Shown here: piece by piece, positions 29,411 through 39,948 of the stretch | Numbering within the stretch: the stretch's first letter is position 1 | How the letters are laid out: every line of letters starts with the position of its first letter | Origin: Candidatus Poribacteria bacterium | GTDB lineage: Bacteria > Poribacteria > WGA-4E > PCPOR2b | DNA: 64,000 nt | Direction of reading: 5' to 3' | NCBI GenBank assembly: GCA_965218095.1 | Contig: OZ244587.1 | Coordinates: forward strand, 2,432,001 to 2,496,000 | Translations under genes and position numbers: made by a program | The notes under the pieces: generated by a model | The model's database searches: none | What the model was told of the DNA's origin: nothing | What the model saw: only the letters and a program-made list of their open reading frames with translations

Positions 29411-30475
29411 TCAATCATACCTTTTGCGAAGGAGCTCCGCCGCCGCAACTTCGTTCTTTAACTTCGTGTAAGCCTCATCGAGCGGCACCTCCGAACGCAT
29501 TCCGGGCGCGAAGCCGCAGTCCGGGTTCAGGAGTAACCGTTCGGGGGAAACGTGCTGCGCAGCTTTCTCCACGCGGGCAGCGATTGTCTCCGGCGGTTCG
29601 ATCTCGGGGAAACGGCAGTCGACGCAGCCGACGCCAATCTGGAAGTGGTCGGGTAATTGGCTGAGTACCGCGACGTCTCCCGCAACCGGGATGGCGAATT
29701 CCAGCATTACCATATTAACCTGAAACTGCTGGATGTAAGGCAGAATTGCCTCATAACCGCCTTCTGCGCCCCAGCCACGCCGCCCCCAGTTCCTCCGACA
29801 CAGGTGAACGGCAAGCCCGACGCTATCAACACCGTCAACAATCGCGTTAATCATGTCCACGGCGGATTGCATCTCCGCCTCCGGATTATCAAATTGTGCA
29901 CGTACTTTTTCATCGACGAAAACGCACAGATGCGGCTCATCTAACTGTATCATATCCACACCTACCTCTTTCAGCGCCAGCAACTCCTGTCGAATAACCG
30001 GTACCAGCGCCCACATGAATTCTTCCCGCGTTGGGTAAGCATCCTGCGAGTACGCCGGCTCCCACATCCGTGTCCCCATCAGATACGGCGACGGCAAACA
30101 GGCCTTGACGCCGTGAGTGGTATGTTTCTTGAGGAAGCTGGCTTCTTCAGCGACCACCCCGTCACGCTTTCGGGTCATTTTTTGGGTGACGCACTTGTGA
30201 TTGGTGAACTGCTCTCGCTTAACATATTGAAAACCATCCATCACATCCGTGACAACATCCAGGTAGGACGTCCGACGCCACTCACCATCTGAAATAATAT
30301 CAATTCCAGCTTGCTCCTGAAGGGCGATTACGTACTGCACCGCGGCGTCACAACGCTTACGAAACTCGGGCTCGTTGATGCTGCCCGCTTCATGCGCATT
30401 TAACAAGTCTTTGACTGCCGGGGGACGCGGCATGGAGCCAATTACAGTCGTTGGAAATAGCTTATTCGTTGTCAT
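29411..30475 (-). CDS. Cobalamin-independent methionine synthase II family protein (catalytic domain only)
   Basis: IGSMPRP, QEQAGIDIISDGEWRR, IQLDEP; zinc ligands in HLCR, LEF and NPDCGF. Confidence 0.9.
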   Translation of the reverse strand: MTTNKLFPTTVIGSMPRPPAVKDLLNAHEAGSINEPEFRKRCDAAVQYVIALQEQAGIDIISDGEWRRTSYLDVVTDVMDGFQYVKREQFTNHKCVTQKMTRKRDGVVAEEASFLKKHTTHGVKACLPSPYLMGTRMWEPAYSQDAYPTREEFMWALVPVIRQELLALKEVGVDMIQLDEPHLCVFVDEKVRAQFDNPEAEMQSAVDMINAIVDGVDSVGLAVHLCRRNWGRRGWGAEGGYEAILPYIQQFQVNMVMLEFAIPVAGDVAVLSQLPDHFQIGVGCVDCRFPEIEPPETIAARVEKAAQHVSPERLLLNPDCGFAPGMRSEVPLDEAYTKLKNEVAAAELLRKRYD

Positions 30476-30546
30476 GGTTACTCCTCTCGCATTCCTCTTT
30501 GCCCCCTTTTGGGGCATGGTTTATTCTCCTTAATCTTACGAATTGC

Positions 30547-30885
30547 TTAATCCAGAACTTCGGGCACAACGGTCAGATTTGATTCATCCACTCGAAGGTC
30601 CCAAGACCACCAGTCAGGTACAAAGACACTACAATGATCGTAATGTCGGCAGAAACTACACCACTCCCACAAGTCTCCTTGAGCAACATATCTTTTTCCT
30701 GAAATCACAACATTTATCGGCTTAACAGCTCGGTAGTATTTATGCAACGCTGTGTGTCCACATATCGGACATGGACAAGACAGATTCAATCCTTCCTGGT
30801 TGGATGCAAACAATTCCGCCTATTTTTCCAGGCTTTCAATAGGCACTCTAGCCCATTTTTTCTCCTTGATGCTACTTACTCCCAT
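30547..30885 (-). pseudogene. Small Cys-rich (CxxC twice) protein with one in-frame TAG
   Basis: ATG 30885: MGVSSIKEKKWARVPIESLEK*AELF...CPICG...WEWCSFC...VPDWW; TAG at 30820-30822. Confidence 0.55.
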
Positions 30886-31044
30886 ACTGAACAGGCCGCC
30901 CCTTCATGTAGATCTCCTCAAACCCTCATACCACCCACGCCTAAGATCGAAACAATGTATATCATTCCAAAACTCAAGTATAACACAGGAGATCTGTACC
31001 GTCAAGGAAGCGAATCCACTTTCGGTGATGCAATTCAGTCTTCC

Positions 31045-31159
31045 TTCTCAACAGCCGTGTGCCGGCTGTCTTGCGGACAATATCCTTTCAAGGAAGACTT
31101 TGGAAAAAGCAGGATATTATGCCTACGACAGATACTTATTCGGAGACTTAAACACTTGA
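31045..31159 (+). pseudogene. C-terminal fragment of a GNAT acetyltransferase
   Basis: PCAGCLADNILSRKTLEKAGY matches the GNAT N..S...LEK.G motif; no N-terminal part found. Confidence 0.5.
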
Positions 31160-31451
31160 CCGGAACTCATACCATTTCTATCGGTATCAAAGGTTTTTTC
31201 CCATTTCGGGCTTAACTTAGTGGCATTTACCCCCAAACCCTGATGGGGTATGTCCTTTTTATCTTTTTCTTTATGGGGGCCTTTGAACATTATCACGTCT
31301 ATGGTATCTATCTTTGGGCGAGCCCAGCATTGCTCTACAGAAGATTAATGCGCTGGGCTTGGAACTGAACGCCGGCCCCACCGAGGTATACCCAACCGTA
31401 CCTCCCCTTCCCGGAAAAGAATCATTCCGGGTAACCGTTCAGGTGGGGGAT

Positions 31452-31537
31452 AGCGCCGGTCAAGTAACTATAGGCGTATCGAGGCCAAGCGCGGCCACTC
31501 GCTTGATTTCGATACGCTTCGCTACTCAATCAGCGCT
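31452..31537. repeat. REP-like palindromic element (GCGTATCGA type)
   Basis: AGCGCCGGTCAAGTA..GCGTATCGAG pairs with TTCGATACGC..TACTCAATCAGCGCT; a half copy lies near 39885-39918. Confidence 0.6.
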
Positions 31538-31569
31538 CGCTCCGGTTAGTCCTGAACGGTTACTAAATC

Positions 31570-32337
31570 TCAAGCATCTGCGAATTTAAACACCGACAGC
31601 GCCGTGCGGCCAAAGATCCATTCGCGCTCATCTGCACTCAGGTCGGAGAAGTAATCCACAGGGAATTGAAGCGAACTGTTATAGCCTTCCCGGGAGCTGA
31701 CCGGTGGATAGTCACTGCCCCACATGACCCGCTGCGGGCTAAAAGCCTCGACAGCCATACGCGCTAACGGGGGGACGTGCGCGAAGGGATGGGGCAGGTG
31801 GCAGAATTCTCCGAAGCCGGGAAGTTTGATTGTCAGGTTCGGGTATCTTGCCAGAGCGAGGACACGTTTGAATTCATCGTAAGGTGGTTCCGCGCCTGCG
31901 CCGACGCCGCCTAAGTGTTCGATGATAATCTGGAGGTCGGGGAAGGTCTTTACAACTTCGGCAAATTCCTCGCCCAATAATGTTGGTGGACTACAAGGGG
32001 CGCTGACAACGAGGTTGAGTTCAGCGGCTGTACGCCACTGCACAAGCGGGTCAGACGCCTCCGCTCGCGAGTCAGCATTCAGACGGATCCCCACAATCCC
32101 TTGCTCCGTCCAGTGGCGCATCTTCTCTCCGGTATCGGTCTTTTCCACAAGCATCGCAGAAGCCAAGCGCCTTGGATCAGATCGCAGACATTCGACATGA
32201 TAGCTATTGTCGGTTTGTCCTTGGTGTTGGATTAAGACCGCTTTGTCAACTGAGGATTGCCTCATGTGGTAGAGCAGAGATTCGATGGGTTCGTATTTGT
32301 CCAGTCCGGAATGGCAGTGGGTGTCAACGATGGTCAT
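31570..32337 (-). CDS. Amidohydrolase_2 family (sugar lactonase-like)
   Basis: IVDTHCH, AVLIQ, GIVGIRL, IIEHLG, RVMWGSDYP. Confidence 0.9.
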   Translation of the reverse strand: MTIVDTHCHSGLDKYEPIESLLYHMRQSSVDKAVLIQHQGQTDNSYHVECLRSDPRRLASAMLVEKTDTGEKMRHWTEQGIVGIRLNADSRAEASDPLVQWRTAAELNLVVSAPCSPPTLLGEEFAEVVKTFPDLQIIIEHLGGVGAGAEPPYDEFKRVLALARYPNLTIKLPGFGEFCHLPHPFAHVPPLARMAVEAFSPQRVMWGSDYPPVSSREGYNSSLQFPVDYFSDLSADEREWIFGRTALSVFKFADA

Positions 32338-32525
32338 TTATAAAGTCCTTTCTTCAAGTGATGATGAGAACGAATAGTTGACGTATTTCGTATTTCGTAT
32401 TTTTTGACCCCTACGCACTATGCAATACGTTATATGTGAGGTAAGTTTCAGGAAAATGAACCATTCCCATACAATACCTCCAAAGCACAGGAGCGACAAA
32501 AGAATAGGAGAGGAATCACAGTATG

Positions 32526-33002
32526 TTATCTCTCCCGCTTCTCCAAATTTTCGTGCCAATAGATCGCTTCGATGGCGCGATACTCTCCCTCTGGTTCAAA
32601 ATTGACACGATGAATTTTTGGCACACGGTGCACTGTGCTATTGCTAATCGCTTGTGTGCCGCCAAGGTAGAAGCCTGAGTGTTTACGGATACTCCCATCA
32701 GGAAGCTGTTTAGGTTCCCAGACAAGGACACTCCCGACCTTCGGTTGTTCTATTTTTTGCCAACCTGACCGGTTTAGATCTGCTTCCAAACCTCTGACAG
32801 TTGTATGCAGATCTGCTACCAGCTTACAATGGAAGAGGATTGATGAGACGAAGTAGGCACAGGAGAGTTTCCCATCTCGCAGGATATCCTTCTCTTCGCT
32901 ATCGACTTTGGCATATAAAGTTCTGAATAAGTCCGAATCAATGCTTCGCTGAATCATTAACATATAATTCTTAAAAAAACTCAATCTAGCTTGTTGTGTC
33001 AA
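32526..33002 (-). CDS. Papain-like (NlpC/P60/CHAP-type) fold protein
   Basis: LSCAYFVSSIL (Cys) and HSGFYLG (His), PKVGSVLVWE. TTG start at 33002 follows GGAGG; the longer ORF-track N-terminus is probably spurious. Confidence 0.65.
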   Translation of the reverse strand: MTQQARLSFFKNYMLMIQRSIDSDLFRTLYAKVDSEEKDILRDGKLSCAYFVSSILFHCKLVADLHTTVRGLEADLNRSGWQKIEQPKVGSVLVWEPKQLPDGSIRKHSGFYLGGTQAISNSTVHRVPKIHRVNFEPEGEYRAIEAIYWHENLEKRER

Positions 33003-33201
33003 AACACCCCTCCGAAAGGAAAAACCTGACCCAACGCCGGGTATCAGCCCTCCATCGAGAGCCGAAACAGCCTTGTAAAGTAGAGAAGCCTCCCTCCTGT
33101 TCAACAGCCAGCGATTGGAACACACAATACAAAAGACGCCAACCGCTGCTTCATAGATTGAAAAATGTGTCAACCAAATTATGAACCAGCCCCATGAAAA
33201 A

Positions 33202-35574
33202 TCAAACAAATATGCCACAGCGATTTAGCGCTGCCAATGCAGCTTCAGCGATACCCCCGGCGTCAATACCAAAATGCCTGTACAAATCAGTGCGTGTCCC
33301 GGATTGCCCAAATTCATCCACCCCAAGGGGGATGACAAGTGCCCCGTAGACACTGCCTAGCCAGGCTAGCGCATGAGATGCCCCATCATGGACGGTGATA
33401 ATCGGTGCGTACCTTTCGTTAGCCGGAATGAGCCAATCAAAGGGATCAGCCACCTGCCCCTGCTGCATTGTGTGCCACGCCTCGAACAAACGGCGTGGGC
33501 TAGTCAAATTGAGGACATTGACCGCCGCCCCTTTCTCCCGGAGATAGTTCGCTGCTTCAATCGCTTCTGGAATCATTGCGCCCGTTGTCGCAATATGCAC
33601 GAGGCGTTCTTTGTGTCCGATGGGTTCAGCAGCACGCCAGTCGACAAGCCGGTATCCGCCAGCCAAAACCTGACGCCGCAACTCGTCCGTCCCCAGACGC
33701 CCCAGGGCTGGCGTGAGAAGCTGCTGGTCAATTTCCTTGGTGGACAAGCGTAAATAGGTTGAACGTCCATCTACACGGTCACAACACTGGCGTATGCCCT
33801 CCAGTAACATCCATTCTAACTCTTGCGCAAAACACGGCTCGTAGGCATCGAGTTGGGGAATCTCAATGCCGAGTGAGGGCGTGACGGTAGACTGATGCGC
33901 ACCTCCCTCGGACGACAATGTGATACCTGACGGCGTTCCGACGAAGATAAACTTTGCCCCTGAATATTGGGCATAAATTAGCGCTTCGAGGCCGCGGCAA
34001 ACAAATGGATCGTAGACTGTGCCGATGGGGATGAGATGCTGCCCACAGAGTTCCGCTGACAGTCCGAACATACCCAGCAACATGAAAAGGTTCATCTCGG
34101 AGATTCCTAATTCAATATGCCTTCCCTGCGGCCCATACCTCCACTTCCTGAGCTGGTTCGCTTCAGTCTCATAGTCAGGCAATTCGTGTGGTGAAAACAC
34201 CCCTGTTTTGATAATCCAGCCCGATAGATTGGTCGACACCGAGACATCCGGCGAAGCCGTGATGATTCGATCAGCCAACTGAGGCACACGATCCAGACGC
34301 ATCAACAGCCGACCAAAAGATTGCTGGGTACTCAAAACACCTTTGGTCGGGATAGAAAGCCCCCCCGGCACATCACTGACGGAAAGTGTCACGGGCGGCG
34401 CAGGATTGCTAGCAAAGAGCCGAGCGGCAGCTTCGCTGCAGAGTTGCCCAGCGGGTGAAACCGAATCAAATCGCGCCCAATCGTCGCTGTCCGGCACGCC
34501 GAGGGTCTGGCGCAAAGCGACTATCTGTTCCTCCGAAAGAAGCATGGAATGATTGAGCGGGTGTCCAGCCATTGGGGTGCCCCAGCCTTTGATGGTATAA
34601 GCGAAAATAATGGTGGGTCGGTTGCGTTCAGCTTCAGCCTGTGACAGCACGGTCAGTAATTCTTCCAAATCGTGCCCACCCAGGTTACTCAGCACCGACG
34701 GCAGCACATCGTCCGGTATATCTTGAATAACGGAAGCGAGCCCGGAATAATCAATGCCGTTATCCGCCAGAAGGCGGGAACGTAGTTGCTCACCCGGTAA
34801 ACGAATGAGCGCCTGATATTCTTCATTGCTCATGTCGTCAATTCGCTGGCGCAAGGCAGCACCGCCAGGTCGCTTAAAGAGGGCTTGAAGCGTGCGACCA
34901 TATTTGGCCTTAAGTACCTGCCAACCACTTTCATCAAATAGATGCTCAAGCTGACGTGCCCGAATGCCCGGTACAACCCGGTCGAGGCTTTGGCGGTTGA
35001 GATCTACAATCCAGATGAGGTTGTCCAACCTCTCCAGGGCCTGGTCCAGAATTGCCTCCCACACGTTGCCTTCGTCCAATTCGGCATCACCAATTAGCCC
35101 CACGAAACGTCGCGAATTCACATGGCCGAAGTGGGATTTGGCGTAGCGATGGGCTAACGCCCCAAAAGCGGGCGCAACCGCCCCCAGACCAACTGAACCA
35201 GTAGAAAAATCAACCAGGTCCGGATCTTTCGTCCGACTTGGGTAAGCTTGTAGACCGCCATACGACCGAAACATGGTCAGGTATTCTTGCGGAAGCCGAC
35301 CCAAAAGGTACTGAATGGCGTGAAAGACCGGCGATGCGTGAGGCTTGATAGAAACCCGGTCGCCTGCTGTAAGGAAATGGAAATAGAGTGCCGTCATGAT
35401 CGAAACCACTGACGCCGAGGAAGCCTGGTGCCCACCGACCTTCGTCTGGTCCGAATTGGGGCGGAGATAGTTGGCGTGATGAACAATAAGCGTTGCCAGC
35501 CAGAGGACGCGCTGCTGGATTGTGTTCAATGTCTTCAGTAGTTCTTTTGAAATGTCCCCATTGTGATTTTCCAA
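33202..35574 (-). CDS. Transketolase-like / AceE-type 2-oxoacid dehydrogenase E1 protein
   Basis: KVGGHQASSAS, FSTGSVGLG, ThDP motif GDAELDEG..N, ELGISEMN, GTVYDPF, EGGAHQS; RBS AGGAGG. Confidence 0.9.
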   Translation of the reverse strand: MENHNGDISKELLKTLNTIQQRVLWLATLIVHHANYLRPNSDQTKVGGHQASSASVVSIMTALYFHFLTAGDRVSIKPHASPVFHAIQYLLGRLPQEYLTMFRSYGGLQAYPSRTKDPDLVDFSTGSVGLGAVAPAFGALAHRYAKSHFGHVNSRRFVGLIGDAELDEGNVWEAILDQALERLDNLIWIVDLNRQSLDRVVPGIRARQLEHLFDESGWQVLKAKYGRTLQALFKRPGGAALRQRIDDMSNEEYQALIRLPGEQLRSRLLADNGIDYSGLASVIQDIPDDVLPSVLSNLGGHDLEELLTVLSQAEAERNRPTIIFAYTIKGWGTPMAGHPLNHSMLLSEEQIVALRQTLGVPDSDDWARFDSVSPAGQLCSEAAARLFASNPAPPVTLSVSDVPGGLSIPTKGVLSTQQSFGRLLMRLDRVPQLADRIITASPDVSVSTNLSGWIIKTGVFSPHELPDYETEANQLRKWRYGPQGRHIELGISEMNLFMLLGMFGLSAELCGQHLIPIGTVYDPFVCRGLEALIYAQYSGAKFIFVGTPSGITLSSEGGAHQSTVTPSLGIEIPQLDAYEPCFAQELEWMLLEGIRQCCDRVDGRSTYLRLSTKEIDQQLLTPALGRLGTDELRRQVLAGGYRLVDWRAAEPIGHKERLVHIATTGAMIPEAIEAANYLREKGAAVNVLNLTSPRRLFEAWHTMQQGQVADPFDWLIPANERYAPIITVHDGASHALAWLGSVYGALVIPLGVDEFGQSGTRTDLYRHFGIDAGGIAEAALAALNRCGIFV

Positions 35575-35591
35575 AACCTTCCTCCTGTTTT

Positions 35592-36733
35592 GGTATCACT
35601 CCACTAAAGTGTGGAGTGATGACTTGATAAGAAGGGGATCCACTGACTACCTTTATGTATCCCAACCCAAAAGGAGTCACCAAATGGATCCCAACAGATA
35701 TTTTGTCACAATCCTGATTGTCCGGCAAGAGAAAAATCAACCGAGGCAATATAGGTGTTCATAGTCGAAAACAACGACGTTACATCTGCCACGAATGTAA
35801 GCAGACGTTTACCCAGACCAAAGGGACCCTGTTCTACCGCCTTCGCTATTCGCTTGACTTTGTCACATAGGTCATCACCCTATTGGCCTATGGCTATCCG
35901 CTTCAGGCGACTATCGCTGCCTTTGGCATAGACATAGATGAACGAACCGTGGTCAGTTAGCAGCAGCGTACCGGGGAACACTGTCAGCAGGTTCATCAGC
36001 ATCTGGTACAGCAACCACGTAACCTGGGTCAAGTGCAGGCTGATGAGATACGGGTCAAATACCAGGGTGGGCCTGGCTGGCAGGCACCGTCAGCGCCTGC
36101 CGCGATGGTGCTCAGCGTCTAATCCAACAGGTGCGTCACGTTGTTAAGGATTTCGCACAGCCATCTTCACCGGCAAAGCGAGGACACCTTCAACTTCGCG
36201 TTTGGCATCATCTCTGCATCATGCAGGTCATCAAGCAGCATGCCCAAAAGCAACCTAGGCGAGTGAGTGGTGTCGTTGAGCGTATCGTTTGTGGCACATC
36301 GCAGCAGGTAAAGACCTTGATAAAACAGACGCAACGCACGACGACTGTGCATGTGAGCTACATCCAAAGGCTTAACGGGACATTTCGCGCTTGCATCAGT
36401 GTTCTGGTTCGTCGGGGACGTGGCTTGGCACGTCTGCTAGGAACGCTTGAGCAAGCGATGTATCTGATGGGTTATGTCTACAACTTTTGCACGCCTCATC
36501 AGAGTCTGCGTCTGGTGTTATATCTGCCGAACAATCGTCGTCAATGGGTAGAAAGAACGCCAGGGATAGCTGCTGGCATCACCGATCATCTCTGGACAGT
36601 GGAACAGTTGCCCTCTTATCAGGTCCCCCTCTCCGCCCTGGCAGCCGCCCCGGCAACGAGGAAGGGCTTCTGCGAAAATCAAGGCACTTATTTAGCGCTA
36701 TCTTTTATGACCACACTTAACTGCGGAGCTACC
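35592..36733 (+). mobile_element. Decayed IS1-like element with transposase pseudogene
   Basis: Imperfect 23-bp inverted repeats GGTATCACTCCACTAAAGTGTGG and (reverse complement) GGTAGCTCCGCAGTTAAGTGTGG. Zinc finger HNPDCP..YICHEC, VQADEIRVK, YIQRLNGTFR, YNFCTPH, RTPGIAAGITDHLW. Frameshifts, and TAG at 35868 and 35958. Confidence 0.8.
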
Positions 36734-36864
36734 TAAAAAGCCCGTATCAGTATTATTGGCAAATTAAATGCGCCTGGTTCGTAAGGGACGATTTATATAT
36801 AGAGCGATGTACGAAAACTTTGCTTTCGCAGCGCAGCAGGTTTGGGTACTCCGGATTATATGTC

Positions 36865-37995
36865 TCACCTTGCCTCCCAGGCAACACCGCGTCGTGGAAA
36901 CAGGACGCTTCTCTGTTTTTCGATGGCGTCAAACAGTCCAACCCCGTACTTTTCGCGGTATCCCCGGTGATGATGTTCTTCGTACGCGGTGACTTGAGTC
37001 AATGGCAGATCAACTGGTTCTCCACCGCGTCGCGCGGATTCGCGGAGGGCGATGAGGATTTCCTGATCCTTTCGCCCGTTGATCGCACCGTACTCCGGCT
37101 TGATGTCTTCGACAACAGCCCGGTAGATACTATACAATTCCGCGCCACGCGCCACATCGTCAGCATTTTGCAGACCAAATGCCTTCAGCGGATTTTCCCA
37201 GATCAGCGGCGGATCGGTGTCAACGCAAGCATGATCAACGACGGTCACGCCATTCGCTCCCGTCATGATGGTTTGAATCGGATAGGTTTTTGTGTCCACC
37301 CCTTCATAGAGTTGCAATTCGTTGCCGACGATTGCTCCTTCCGTCCCATCAATTTCCCAATAGGCGCCGCGTCGTCGTGTTGGAAGTTCGTAAACGAGGG
37401 AGACGCCGTTCTCAAATTCGACGAAGCCGACTTCTCATGCTCCGCCGCCGATCTCTTTGGCGTGTCCGACAACGCGCGCCGCTTCGCTCTGCACGAGTGT
37501 CCGGATCGCGTTCATACCGTGATACGACCCAGAGGCATACCAGAGATGGGCGTGAGTAATCTCGCCAATCAGCCCCGCATCGACAATCTTCCGCTTGAGA
37601 CGTTCATGGGGCCATCGCCAGACATTCTCAGCGACTTCCAGCTTGACGCCGTATCGCGCGGCGGCGTCGATTATCCGATCCGCACACGGGAGAGTTGTCG
37701 CGATCGGCGTCTCCGTAATCACATGGACACCTTGCGACGCCGCAATCTCCGCGATCACATGGTGTCCATCAGGGGGAACCGTAATCAAAATCACGTCCGG
37801 CGATTCCGCCTCAATCAATGTTTCAACGTCTGTATAGCCAGAAACTGCCATGCGTTGAGCGACTTCCGTAGCGCGATTTTCGTCAATATCGCAGACGCCG
37901 ACCAACTGATAAATCGGATCGAGCTTGGGAATTGTGTTCAGGTGTGCGCTTGCTCGACCTCCTGTACCGACAACGGCTATTTTCAACTTTTTCAT
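36865..37995 (-). pseudogene. Gfo/Idh/MocA oxidoreductase with one in-frame TGA
   Basis: The two ORF pieces share one frame: VVGTGGRA, ETPIA, VAENVWRWP, then GGA*EVGFVEFENG with TGA at 37435-37437. Confidence 0.85.
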
Positions 37996-38010
37996 GATAG
38001 ATTCCTTGAG

Positions 38011-38898
38011 TCAAAACCGCAATTCTGCTGAAATAAAATCTGACGCGAAGTCGTGTTCATAGATGCGACCGTAGTCGATCCGAAACCGCTTCCAATCGAA
38101 TCCCAATCCCAAAGTCCAATCCTGATCAGACCGTCCGCCGCGCACACGAATGAAGGCGTTCACTTTCCATTCGATACCTGAATAAAGATCTGCCCTGGCG
38201 GGGTGAGATCGTGGTAATGCGACATCGATAGCGAATAACAGACGCCACCAGTCATATGCCACGCCGAGCGTCAACCAACGGATACCACGCTCACGCGGCA
38301 AATGCTGGGCGAGAACTCCGAATTTGAGATCGGAACGCGGTTTGACAAGGAGGGCAAGATCGTAGGAGGGAGAAGTCCCGAAAAATTGGTAATCATCACT
38401 TGGGTGTTTGCGTTTGAACTTGAGGCTTGCGCCAATTGCGATATGTGGACTGATCTGGCGTGCTAATGAATAGTAGTTGAAATCTGGCGTCCCCGATTCG
38501 ACGCCGAGCGCGATTTCGTTCCCCCAGAATAGGCCGTATCCGCGATAGGCGTAGCTGATTCCTTTTGGATCAAAGGCATAGTCGGATCGATTATGGAATT
38601 TATTGACGCCAAAGAGCTTGACCCCTTGCCCCTGAATCAATCCGGCAGGATTCCAGAAGCCGGCTGTTGCGTCGTCGGCAATGGCTGTAAACGCATTGCC
38701 CATCCCCAAAGCCCTTGCCCCAACATAAAGCGGACGCGCCTCTTCAAACGGAAAGGCTGCGGAGAGGGTGGTGGACGCAGTAAGGAATAATGCAATGATT
38801 GCTGGAACATGATACGTGATACGAATCTTTCCCTTCCTTCCTTTCCTTCCTACCCACTTACTCACCCATTCGCTCCTACCCTCCTTCCATTCTTCCAT
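38011..38898 (-). CDS. Outer-membrane beta-barrel, PorV/PorQ/FadL-like (UPF0164)
   Basis: GARALGMGNAFTAIADDATAGFWNPAGL, amphipathic strands, terminal Phe. The start is uncertain because the N-terminus is repeat-derived. Confidence 0.82.
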   Translation of the reverse strand: MEEWKEGRSEWVSKWVGRKGRKGKIRITYHVPAIIALFLTASTTLSAAFPFEEARPLYVGARALGMGNAFTAIADDATAGFWNPAGLIQGQGVKLFGVNKFHNRSDYAFDPKGISYAYRGYGLFWGNEIALGVESGTPDFNYYSLARQISPHIAIGASLKFKRKHPSDDYQFFGTSPSYDLALLVKPRSDLKFGVLAQHLPRERGIRWLTLGVAYDWWRLLFAIDVALPRSHPARADLYSGIEWKVNAFIRVRGGRSDQDWTLGLGFDWKRFRIDYGRIYEHDFASDFISAELRF

Positions 38899-39869
38899 TT
38901 TTCTATCCCTTTTTCTGCTGCTGCCAATACGTCCTCAACAGTAATATCCTCCATACTTTTACGAGCAATCACTGTGTGCTGGGGCCAAATTGGCCCCCAC
39001 TGCAGCGGATTCGATGCTCCGAAAAGCGCAATTGTCGGGGTTTTGACCGCTGTGCCGATATGCATGGGGCCCGTATCATTGCTGATGAAGAGGTCATATT
39101 TTTGGATCATCGCTGCGAGCTGCATCGGTGTTGTTCCCGTGACGACAATTGGTTTGCTGGACATCAGCCCCACGACCTCGTGAGGCAGCGTTCCTTCCCA
39201 ACCGCCCGCCGTGATAAAGATCTGGGCGTCGTATTCTTGGTGAAGCCAATCTCCCACCTTTGCAAACCCCACTTCTGACCAGCGGCGGTAGGTTGCCCCT
39301 GCCCCAGGGTTAAGTCCAATCAGTGGTCGGTCAAAAGGGATTCCAGCGTTCGCGAGGAAATCATCCGCCCACTTCTGCCCCGCTGCATCCACAAACATCT
39401 CCGGTTCGTCGCTATCCGGCTCAACACCAAGTCCACGCACAACATCAAGGTATCTGGCGGTTTCGTGCTGATTGATGTTATTGGGAACGGTGATATGCAA
39501 CAACCTCCTCCCGCCAGAATTGGTCTCAAAACCGACCCGAAAAGGGATACGTGCAAGGAATGTGTGCAGCACCAGGCGAAATGTGGGTTGGAGAACAACT
39601 GCCATCTGGAATGATTTTTTCATCAGTCCATAGATCAATTTGGGTATGGACATCTCGTAGGTGATGACCTCGTCCAGGTTCGGATTTGCGGCAACAAGTT
39701 CTTCGCGTGTAGGCGCTACCATGTAGGCGATGTAAGCCTCCGGGAAGCGTCGCCGCAGCGTCCGGATGACGGGGGTTGTTAAGATAGTCTCGCCGAGCGG
39801 TCCCATGCGCAGGATTAAGATGCGTTGGATCTGATCGAGATCAAAGTCCTTTTTGGAATGTATATTCAT
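38862..39869 (-). CDS. Glycosyltransferase family 9 (LPS heptosyltransferase-like)
   Basis: RILILRMGPLGETILTTP, IGLNPGAG, RRWS, ISNDTGPMHI, PTIALFG. Confidence 0.92.
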   Translation of the reverse strand: MNIHSKKDFDLDQIQRILILRMGPLGETILTTPVIRTLRRRFPEAYIAYMVAPTREELVAANPNLDEVITYEMSIPKLIYGLMKKSFQMAVVLQPTFRLVLHTFLARIPFRVGFETNSGGRRLLHITVPNNINQHETARYLDVVRGLGVEPDSDEPEMFVDAAGQKWADDFLANAGIPFDRPLIGLNPGAGATYRRWSEVGFAKVGDWLHQEYDAQIFITAGGWEGTLPHEVVGLMSSKPIVVTGTTPMQLAAMIQKYDLFISNDTGPMHIGTAVKTPTIALFGASNPLQWGPIWPQHTVIARKSMEDITVEDVLAAAEKGIEKWKNGRRVGANG

Positions 39870-39948
39870 TTTCCGCTTGCCGTCTGGTCTCGATACGGCT
39901 TCGCTTGCTCGGCCGACGCAATAATGTGGCGTCTCATTACTCAACCTC

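Noticed and set aside
33003-33218. N-terminal 72 aa of the ORF-track 230-aa protein
   Set aside because: It overlaps the upstream gene end, and a good RBS plus TTG at 33002 gives a more plausible start.
36820-38031. 403-aa plus-strand ORF
   Set aside because: Antisense shadow of the Gfo/Idh/MocA gene; no recognisable motifs.
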